A DNA stretch of 56,301 bases, filler included, from Gonapodya sp. JEL0774 (taxonomy: Eukaryota), in the NCBI GenBank assembly GCA_027604505.1. It is 3 parts of 3 records of this genome, joined end to end, with 100 filler letters (N's around TTAATTAATTAA, not from the genome) between each part and the next. Parts side by side here need not be neighbours in the genome. Positions count along the whole stretch, not along the records: positions 1 to 18,961 come from JADIIX010000257.1; positions 19,062 to 37,870 come from JADIIX010000258.1; 1 more part is not named here. One strand, given 5' to 3'. Shown piece after piece: positions 13,345 to 22,913 of this stretch. A model generated the notes under the pieces. The model did not search any database and had not been told where the DNA came from. It saw only the letters and a program-made list of their open reading frames with translations. Made by a program: the position numbers and the translations under genes. Position 1 is the first letter of the stretch; every line of letters starts with the position of its first letter.

Positions 13345-15527
13345 TCACACCCTGCCCCCGACACCCCCTTTTGCAGCCATCTCTTGCGCCTGCTGGGCTC
13401 CCACTGGTGCTCCCGGCTTAGCTTTGGTCACGGGCACGGCGGCGAGAGGAGTGGTAGGGACTGTATCCGCCGAAACGTAGCGGTAGACAACGTAGATGAG
13501 AAGGAGGAGCACTAATGCGGTGACGAGGCGGCGAAGAGGAAGACGGCGGGGAAAGTAGTCGCTGAGTAGGGCAGTGATTGTGGAGTAGAGAGTGTGGTGA
13601 AGGGGGTGGTATAGACAGATTGTCAATAGCAGATCCGTCAATCCAAGATTTTCGAATATCACCACCCACCTTAGACTCGCCCAAGACTTCCCCGCCGTCT
13701 TTCCATACTTATCGTCGTCAGCGTCTCGACCGTCGCGCGCAGGGCGGGATCGGCGAGGCCCTGTGTACGTGCACCCAAGGAGATGAGTAACAGTTGCAGC
13801 GGAAGAGTTTAGGCGGACCGATGGAAAGAAAAGGAGGGAGGATGACCAGGGTGCGTCTCCCACGGTTGGGGTTGACGTTTGCAAGTCTGCCCAACTTCAG
13901 GCAGTTCCCCCACAAAAACATCTTCACATCCATCCCCTGCTCCGAACTCAGTCCAAACCTCAACATCACAGTACCCACCTCCGTCTCCAACAGTAACGGC
14001 CACGTCTGCCACCCCAGTAGCCCCACCGTTCGCAATCCCCACACTCCCGATTCCGCTAACGGGTGCGTCTACTAGTCCTCCACCCCCACTCCGCACCGTA
14101 GGCGACGTCAGACCAACCGAGCCTTGTCCCGCCGCAGAGGCCAGATTCGAGGTGTGCACTTGTGCTTGTCCCCCAATGCCGCCCGCACCTGCCGCGGGAG
14201 GCACGTGAGTGGATATGGACATGTCGGATGGGGGCAGGGGTGGGAATGCGGATCCCAGAGTGGGAGATGACGGGGGGGATGCGGTGGAGGGTTGAAGGGA
14301 AGGTGAGGACGGAAGGGCAGGAGGCTGGGAAGCAGCAAACAAGTTATCACTCTGGGAAGCCAAACCAGTAATTCCTCTCCAATCGCGTAACCGGTCCCAA
14401 CCATCTCTATTCCACCCACACAAAGCTCAGCTTTGATCCACTTGACTTCATCTACTTCGTGTTTGCCTGAATTTTGCCTACAGTGATCCCGTTTCTGCTT
14501 TTCCTTCATTCTAAAGCCCCCCCGATGCACGATTCACGGCTGGGAGTCTCAACTCACCGCCCTCGGCATCACGTGCTGTGCCCACTTTGCTTCAGTTAGT
14601 CTCTTCCTCAGTAAGTCTGCGATGGGGCTTGCTGACGTGGCAGGCGGGATGAGTGGGGTCTTGCAAGTGGGGCAGGCGTAACCTGCCGGTGCGGTGTTGT
14701 CGGGAAGAGAAGCGCAGAGCTCGTCAAGGCAGGCGGCGTGGAAGAGATCTGCGAAAAATCGAGAATGGAGGAGGAGGATGGGCGATCGACGGTGGCGGTT
14801 GTCAAAGGAAGGAGGACACATTGTGGATCTGTTTTTAACCCCGCGCAACCCATATTCAACAAACTCCCCCATCAAAATCGATCAAGTAGACTATGCTCTT
14901 TCTACTGAATATCATGCCGTCCACGGTCGTGCATTCCCTGGTCGGTGCCACTGGTCGGTGCCGACACATCCACGAATGTCCAACGTCCAATTTCGTGTCG
15001 AGTGATTCGATGACTCCACCAGTCGCTCATCCTCGTCACCACCGACATATCTCACCCATATCACATACTCTCTCGAAACAATAGTAGACTCACCCAAGCA
15101 GGTTAACCTGACCAATTCGCCCTCATCGAGACTGCTCTTACAAATGCCACATGCGGGCTCGTACTCCGAGTCTTGGAGCCAAGCGAGATATGAGCGAACA
15201 ACGCACTTAAGTGCAATAGAGTAGGAAATCGGTTATTCGAGTAACCGGGTGAGCGTGTTTGCGAGTGTGAGTGACAATCTGTCCGGGTAATGCATAAACG
15301 TACCCGCTGATGTTCAGTAACGATGCAGTTCTCGCACACGTTTTTTCTGTGCTCGAAGCAGCTGTTGATTGAGTGAGCAGTTGGTTGGTGGCGGTCCAAG
15401 GAGGGAGGTGGACATCCGAAGGTCGATCAAAAGAGAGCTGGAGGGATGAATTGAATTTACCCACACCCAGCGAGAGATGGCGCACGCACAAAAGATTCGT
15501 CACGCGTCTGCATTTGCACAGACCCAT
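13345..15527 (-). CDS. ZFPL1: Zinc finger protein-like 1 (Golgi; B-box-like plus RING/PHD-like zinc domains, C-terminal TM)
   Basis: Spliced translation [55 protein letters not shown]...VRLTCLDLFHAACLD...PDNTAPAGYACPTCK, then RDADDDKY and a hydrophobic TM segment, as in ZFPL1. Confidence 0.9.
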
Positions 15528-16226
15528 TGCAGGTGTCGATGGCGGTTATATGATTCTCGGTTGTCAAACGAGCCCGAGCAATCCTTGTCGAACTTGGAAA
15601 AAACAGTCACGGGGAGGATGAAGGCAGTCTCGATTGAGAATCTGAAAAGTGGGCGAACTTCGAAAGTTGGAATCTGGAGTTTCCTCGAGAGTTCGACGGC
15701 GCGGGTGCGTTGGATTCAGCCTTGCAGCCAAACTCTCTGAACCCCCTCCCCCCCCCGGCCCCTTTCCCCCTCCGCCCCACTCCCCCCCCCCCATGTTCTT
15801 GCCTTCTCTAATGCATTGCATGCCCGCATACTTTTAGTTGTAATACCATTCTTCCTTTACAAATACCCTCATCCAACCCGTCAAAGAATACTGAATACCA
15901 ATACCCCTGCATCGCCTGCCAGACACAGACACGTTATGGCACAGTACTTTATGACAAACTAGCTTTGCCATTCTTCACGCCTTCTACTGGATTGTTTGGG
16001 GCGTTCTGTATGGATTATGTCGGAGACGTTGGCAATTGACGGTGAATGTGATGAACTGAGACAGAGCAAAGGGAGGATGGAGAAGACGGTAGATAAGGGG
16101 TGTCCAGGAGAGAGGGAGGAATCGTGGCGAGGATTGAGTGAAAGAAAAGGAGGAATGAGCTGGGTAGGATTCGAGTTGGTGAGATGACAGGGACAGTGTT
16201 GATGGCGGAGATTGGAGATGGAGCGC

Positions 16227-17891
16227 TCAGTCGTTGAGGAGACCCAAGATCATTCTGAGGATTGGATCAAGAAGAAATAGCAGAGTGATGTGGGGAGGTG
16301 AACAGAAGATTGTAAATGAGAGTTGGTAACAGGAACAAAACTGACTACCAACGCCTGTCCGCTCGCGTGACTGTGCAGTTGCGCAAACAGCGTCCCATCG
16401 AAAATGCACCGTGTCCAGATCCGAAGACATTGGGAACGACGTGAGAAGCGACGGCTTCCACACGATTGCGAGAGTTACTGTTCACCAACTCTCGTAACCC
16501 CATTCCAGTAAATGTGAGCCACTCGCTGATCCATTCTCCAGCTTCGCGCGGTCCGCGAAAACCCGACATCCTCGCTCAACCCACCGGTAGAGGTAGTAAA
16601 AGAAACTCAGCAAGTAAAACGCAAGCTTGATGAAGCACTCGCGCTTGTGCGAAGGCAACGTCCGAAAGATTTCTGTAGCGTCGTAGACATGCTTTTGGTT
16701 GATATACCTGTTCGCGTAAGTGGGGGAAGAGCAAGGGACAATTATTGAAGGAATCGTGAATGGGGACGAGCCAACCGGTTTGAGGAGAACGAACAGCCCC
16801 TCACGTCGTGGCTCCCAAACGTGTGCCCAACCTGCCATTCTGCCTTCAGGCGTCATCTCGGCTCTAATTGACAAATCCTGCACCAGCGTCATACTGTACT
16901 GCAATCCACATCACGCAAATCCTGTCCGCATCCATCTCACTTGTTCCACCTATCGTACATTTTCCAGTCATTCCTCTCAAGGGTTTAACATCAACGCTCA
17001 CTTATTCACATGATACGCCACCAATGGCGCATTTAGTATGAACGCTATCCAACTCCCACTCCCCAAGAACAGAACAGTGAGGAACGCGTGTGCCGCCATC
17101 TCTGGAACCACAAATTGATTGAGTTTGGAGCAGAGGTCAATTGGGTTGACGTAGTCCAATTCAAGATCGGAGAACATGATTATCTGGGAGGTGGGGTAAG
17201 GTTGGAAGCCGGCCGAGTGAGTTGTTGCGAGAACATGGAGAGTTGAAACGGAAGACCAGAAGGCAAAGCGCTGAATTCTCTTGCACACCTCGGTATGAAC
17301 CAGGCAGACCGCTAGTGATTCGAAAGTGATGAGCCTCGCCGTGTTTTCCCGGGCCGTTTTTGGCTCTGGAAACTGGGGGACGAACCCAGAACAACATCCG
17401 CCATCACGTACTCCCACGTTCTGGTCATACCCCGAGACTCCATTCAATTCAATTTACACGCCACGGCTGGTCCAGATTGCGATTTTTCCAGCATCGCAAA
17501 ATTGAATTGACAACTTGGCACACGGGAAGGAACAAGCCCCCAGCCTCCTAAGTTGTGGCGGATGCCCACGAATCTGGCTCCATGAGGACAGAAAAAATCC
17601 ATCGATTCGCTCCTGGCCGCGTGGCTGTCTTATTGCTACTTGGGCTGTGATTCAACCGCATTCCAGCCTTGCGATAATTGGGTACGTATTGCATTAGTGC
17701 CGGGTACTCACGAAAAACACCATGGCAAACAGCAATATAGCGGCCATAATGACAGCGAAAAGGAAGAGACCTGGGGGGTGTTGCGGGTACCATAGGGCAG
17801 AATGAGAGGATCGCAGGTTTGGGCACGGAATGTAAATCAGCGGGTTTATACAAGAGAGGGCCGACCGACCTGCTTCGCCGAAGAGAGCCAT
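16227..17891 (-). CDS. ERV14: Erv14/cornichon ER cargo receptor; 5 exons (17891-17870, 17771-17712, 17183-17002, 16707-16585, 16254-16227)
   Basis: Spliced protein [62 protein letters not shown]...[42 protein letters not shown]. All junctions are GT-AG and in phase. Confidence 0.95.
16297..16560 (-). ncRNA. Candidate structured RNA in ERV14 intron 4 (nested hairpins plus 9-bp loop-to-distal pairing)
   Basis: Inverted repeats (plus-strand coordinates): 16447-16463 with 16512-16527; 16469-16476 with 16487-16494; loop 16478-16486 with 16297-16305; 16484-16493 with 16318-16327; 16322-16329 with 16345-16352. Confidence 0.5.
16840..16918 (-). ncRNA. Possible box C/D snoRNA in ERV14 intron 3
   Basis: On the minus strand: imperfect box C GTGATGT (16914-16908), internal ATGA, box D CTGA (16849-16846) and a short terminal stem TTGC/GCAG, about 75 nt in total. 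No target established. Confidence 0.3.
17260..17670 (-). ncRNA. Candidate ~410-nt pseudoknotted structured RNA in ERV14 intron 2 (family unassigned)
   Basis: Closing stem 17650-17670 with 17260-17276. Crossing helices 17556-17565 with 17394-17403, and 17421-17438 with 17287-17303. Perfect 11-bp hairpin 17445-17455 with 17499-17509. Hairpin 17510-17518 with 17547-17556. Irregular pairs are G-U on the minus strand. Confidence 0.6.
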
Positions 17892-18961
17892 CGTTGGGGT
17901 GATGCTTCAAGTCGTGTGAGAATGAAGGAAATATGGTTTTGGCGGTCCTTGGAGCATCATTCCTCACTGGCACCAACCGGCAAACCCCACCAAAACAAGA
18001 AAGTATTGAATTGGAACGAAACGATATCGAGCAAGAGGGCGTCAATACCTCTATACATGGATGTTCACATAGACAGATTTAAGACAGATTTAAGCTTCCC
18101 AATCAGCAACCGCGACAGCTCAGCACACTGCTCATGCAAGCGCGCTTCTTGCAACTACTCTTGGCGCAAATCATTTTATATAGGTGATGGATCAGTCTCA
18201 ACGGCTGGTGGACCTCCCTCCGACACCTTAAATTTCGTTGCCAAAAAAGAAATCAATTTCTCTATTCTCATCACGAAGGACGATCGGAGTTTGTGAAGAC
18301 GTTTGAAAACTGTCGCTGGCTTCTTAGCGCCAAAGCTCCCCCCGCTCTCATGAACGGAATGCCCCTTTTGGCAGTCCGACAGGAGAGAACCAGAAGCACC
18401 TCCACGCGGGACTTTCATTATCGATGTGCAGGCAATGTGTGTTTGAAGTTATGTGTGGACCGTCTGGAACTTTGGAAGTGTCCAATTACACTGGAAACTC
18501 CCAAACATCACTTCTGGGAGGGGAACCAGAACTCGACGAGAGCTCACGCGAGCAGGCGACCAAACTCATATTTTTGGTATGACGTCTTAGTGATTTTCAG
18601 ATGTTTATTTCTTCTTTTCAGCTCGGAAATCGCGTTTCACTGATGCGAAGACTTGTGCAAAAATCTCCGACACTTGTGCCACAACCCATGGAGAACAAAA
18701 CTCGGTTGCACGCAATTTCGTAATCTTTGGGCAACTCCGTTCATCTTGCACATGTTCACCGGATTCCCAAAACCAGTTCACCCCAGTCCACCAAACTACG
18801 GATCTGGCTCAATCTCGCAAGGACATTCTTCGGATCAGGAACTTGTGCTGTGTCCATTTATTGCAACCCAACGACTGGCCAAACCGGTCGCTGTGCCCAC
18901 CCCCCGCATCTGCACTCGGCAATGCCAGCCCTCACGCTCTACGGCTCCCCCTGCTCGCATT

Positions 18962-19061
18962 NNNNNNNNNNNNNNNNNNNNNNNNNNNNNNNNNNNNNNN
19001 NNNNNTTAATTAATTAANNNNNNNNNNNNNNNNNNNNNNNNNNNNNNNNNNNNNNNNNNNN
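18962..19061. other. Assembly gap with TTAATTAATTAA linker (artefact)
   Basis: 44 N + TTAATTAATTAA (19006-19017, stops in all six frames) + 44 N; the same construct occurs at 37871-37970. Confidence 0.97.
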
Positions 19062-22000
19062 CCCTGCCCCGACATCCTCCCCCCCCAATCCCCCGGACCC
19101 ACCCCCACCCCCGCCAGCTCCGCCCCTTCCACACCACCCACACCCTCGTCACCCACACATCCCTCCACCTCTCCGCCTGCTTCTCCCACTTCCCTCCCGC
19201 GTTCCTCTTCCCCCACCTCTCCCCATACCCCATACCCTCTCACTCCACCCCGTCCACCTCCCCACCGCCCTCGCTCGACATCAAGTCCAAACCAGTCGAC
19301 GACGTCGCCAGGTGGTGCAAGCGGACCCGATCCCCACAGGATCTCAAGGCCGTCAGACACGCGTGCTTGGCGGAGGTGGCGAGGTGGTCGGGCGGGGGCG
19401 GGGGCGGGGTTGGGGGGCTGCTGGGCCTATCTACGTCCGCATCCGCAGCCGCAGCCACATCCACGTCCGCCTCCGCCGGGACCATGGCCGAGAAGCCCTC
19501 CGAGGTGCGCAAGTTCGTGGCGCAGATGAAGGGGCTGGCGAGATTGTGTGAGAGGAGGTTGGCGGAGGTTGGCGTGGGCGGGGGTGCGGAGGGTGCGGGA
19601 AAGGAGGGGAAAGCAGGTGCGGGTGCGGGTGACGATACGGTATGTGCGATTTTGCTTGCTCCATTATTATCGTTCTTCGTTGTTGTTTTTTTTTTTTTTT
19701 TGCGCCTTTTTGTCTTCCGACTCTCATTCTACGCAAGGAACAGAGGGGGGCTTTATCCGTTCCTGGTTGTTCTGACCACCCATCCACCCCGCCACGCCTT
19801 TCCATCACCCTTTCAGACCCCACCACCCGCCCACCTCCACCTCCTCCCCCCACCGACGCCCGACCTCCCCCGTACCGTACGATCTCTGCTGGTCAGCGCC
19901 GACGACGGCCTGGTCTGGTGGTTTCTGTCGTACCTGAACCGCACGCACGCCGGGGCCGACCCTGATGTTTCAGGGTCAGCGTCGGCGGTGCCGGTGGGGA
20001 CCGTACCCACCCGCACACCCACGCCCACGCCCACGTCGGACTCGCTGAGTCGAGGAACCGGGGCCCCGCTGGTCTCCCTCTGGGTCGAGTGTGAGCAGTA
20101 CGCTCGGGCGTACGGGGACCTCGTGAGGGACGGGGAGGCCGGGGTGGGCGGGCAGGTGCAGGTGCAGGGCAGGGTGGAGGGGTTGCGGAGGGACGCGCGG
20201 CGGGTGGCGAGGGAGTTTGGTATCGTGGATGTCGGGTGGGGCGGTGGAGGGGCTGGAGCGGCGGGTGGGAGGGCGGGCAGGGTGAAGGTCTCGGTTTCGG
20301 ACGGGGCTCGGGAGGCGATCGGGAGGTTCGTGGTGGGAAGTGGGACAGACGGGGTGGATGGGATGGTCAGAATACGCGACGAGGTGGAGCTGGTGCTGGG
20401 CCGAGTGTATGATGGGTTTGTGGGCAGTGAGGAGTACTGGGGGTGGGTGGCAATGTGGCACGGGTTGGAAGCGAGGAAGAGAGCGATGGGGGAGGTGGTC
20501 GAGGGGCGGTGTATGGTGGTGCAAGCAGTGACAGCGAGGTTGAACGATGTTGGTGAGTGAAGGTCGTTTTTCCCATGTTCTCACCGCCAAACGTCTTGAG
20601 ACTGAGCTGTACCAAAATGGACATACAAACCACCCATTGGTGTGAAAACACTTTGCAGTGAGGGACACTCTAGCTGACCCTTCCGACTCCCTCCTCGAGC
20701 GCGATCACGCCGACCCTGATCTCTCGACGTCCGGCGTGTCTGATACGCTTGCATCTTCCGACACTATGGATCCAGACCGCACACCACTTTCCTTGGCTTC
20801 GTCTTTTCCCGGACCGCTGACAACTTCGCCGGACCGTTCCCTCCTGGACGACAGGAGGGACCCTGTGCAGGACGTCTACGACGGGTTGGATCGCGTGTTG
20901 CTGCAACTGCAGGTCGTGACGACGGTGTTGCAAAGCACTGTGCAGAGTCCTCCCCCGGGGGGCGTGTCAGAACTGCTTGAGAGCCTGGAGCCACCGCTGG
21001 TCGTGCGCAGGTGGGCTGAGCAGGTAGAGGTGCTGAAGCGGTTGCAGGTGGAGTTAGGGATACAGGCGGGAAAACTGTGCGTTGAGCGGGACAAAATTGA
21101 GGCGGAGTTGATGGGTGGGGAATTGGTCGAAGTGTGTTTTCTTGTAAGCGAAGCGGGCGAATGAGTTGCGGTGATGACTGACCGCTTGGAACTTGGTTCC
21201 TCTGGCATAGGGTCGGTTTAAAGCAATTGTTGAAACAAGTCGAAAAATTACTGGTCGTGCGGGCAAGAGGATTGTAGTGAGCGTCTTCACTCCTGCTTCG
21301 GAGAAATTTGCACTTCGGCATGTTTCAATCAGTTTCTGACACCCCCATTCCCGTCTTGTTAGTATTACGACATCACCCTCACTCGTGTTGACGCGTCCAC
21401 AATGTCTTCCGGTTGGACCGTCACTCGGCGCTTTTCAGAGTTTGACAAGCTCAACAGGTCGTTGGAGGTAGTCTATCGCCATGTAAGAGAGTTCCAGTTC
21501 CCAAAGAAGGGGATCAAGACTCTAGTGAAGACCAAGAAGACCATGGATGAAAGGAGGATAATGCTTGGTCAGTACCTTCAGGTAGGTTTTGTTGCTCATG
21601 CAAGTTTGGTTGACCGAGCACAATTGTTCATGACACACGGCCGTTGCTTTTGGGCGGCCCCCAGAGATGTCTTGCAGATGATCGTGTTTGTCGATCTAGT
21701 GAGCTGCGAGCGTTTTTGAATCGATCCAGGGTTGCCTTTGCGACTCCGAAATCGAGGATATCATTGGGTTCGAGAGAGTATGATGGTGCGTGAGCTTTAC
21801 TTGTGTGATCTCTTCACTCGGTTCTCGAAGTTCAAGGCATTCCCAATATTGGACGGCCTTGCTCAACTACCATTCTCAAATGGACGCTGTCACTTCCCTA
21901 CAAACGTGCGAATGAACTTGCGCTTCATCGGAAAGGCATACCGTCAGGCTACTCACAATGGTCTCGAAAAGCTCTTGAAGCCGTTGACTCTGAATCTGAT

Positions 22001-22859
22001 TCAGACTTGGACCTGTCCACTGAGGATCTTCGTAAACAAGACTTGCAAAGCTCTGGTCAAAGTATTGACAGAGAGTTCCAAGACAAGAAAGTTGCCGATT
22101 CGCCGCCAAATTCTTTGCAGTCATTTGATTACGATGGAGAATCTAGTGATTGGACAGGGAGACTTCTCGAGAAAGCATTACGCACTTTGTTTGAGCAATT
22201 GGATGGTGGATTCCCACCAGAGCCATCGTTTCGAGTCTTGGCATCGCAAATCTTGAAGAGTGACGACATCTGTGCGAGTCTGCACGGAGCGAGGTTGCCA
22301 AGGCGGTTGGGCTTTGTGAACATTCAGATGAGTGTACCTTCAAGGTGAGCGATTGTGCTGTGAAGGATTGATGCGGTGATGAATTCAGGAATTTGTTATC
22401 CAACCGTTCCTTCTCTTGACCTTCTCCAGCAGAGACACCTCTGATAGCATTACTGGGCCCGCACTTGAACGTCAAGTGATTTCATGGATCACGAAGAAAA
22501 CTCGGCAAGCTCAATGTGGCGCCGAAGAAAACATTTGGTTCGAGGATTTGTTGAAGCAGCTGGTGAATATACATGGGAATTATCGAGACGGATCATCTTC
22601 AAAGATGGAAGTCCGTACACGTATGGTCACTGCCTTCCCAGGTGAGTTGATCACGTTGATAACAAATGGTCGATACGAACACCGGTTGACTTTTAAGCAT
22701 TCCATTCTCACGTGCTCAGCATTTGCTATTCAACTTCTTGGCTCGGCGCAAGTGGTCGCAGCAACAGCGTTCGCGTTCGATTCTCTTCAAGACGCTTCAC
22801 TGAACGCGCATCTGCTTTATAAACTTTGTGACATCGTCATGGAGAGCATGTCTTATTGA
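19062..22859 (+). CDS. Mdm1/SNX13/14/25-type sorting nexin (RGS-like, PX and Nexin_C domains); 5' part lost in the gap
   Basis: PX domain YYDITLTRV...GWTVTRRFSEFDKLNRSL...FPKK...DERRIMLGQYLQ; RGS-like VRSLLVSADDGLVWWFLSYL...LVSLWVECEQY; C-terminal AFDSLQDASLNAHLLYKLCDIVM as in Nexin_C. Confidence 0.75.
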
Positions 22860-22913
22860 CTGTCGCTACAAATTACTATTTTGAACGATCATAAGTACTC
22901 ATAATTTATCAAT

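Noticed and set aside
17260..17670. RNase P/MRP, SRP, snR30/U17, hammerhead or group II domain V identity for the intron 2 RNA
   Set aside because: No GGAAnnUCnG/GAAAGUCCCC with matching CR-V, no SRP helix 8 motif, no m1/m2 motifs and no CUGAnGA core. The GAGCC...GAAA...GGCUC hairpin pairs too poorly for domain V. Left unassigned pending an Infernal search.
18653..18961. Possible first exon of the sorting nexin before the gap
   Set aside because: No TM/PXA-like sequence recognisable in any frame, and continuity across the gap is unknown.
19006..19017. Perfect TTAATTAATTAA palindrome, also at 37915-37926
   Set aside because: Centred in 100-nt N gaps; a scaffolding linker, not biology.
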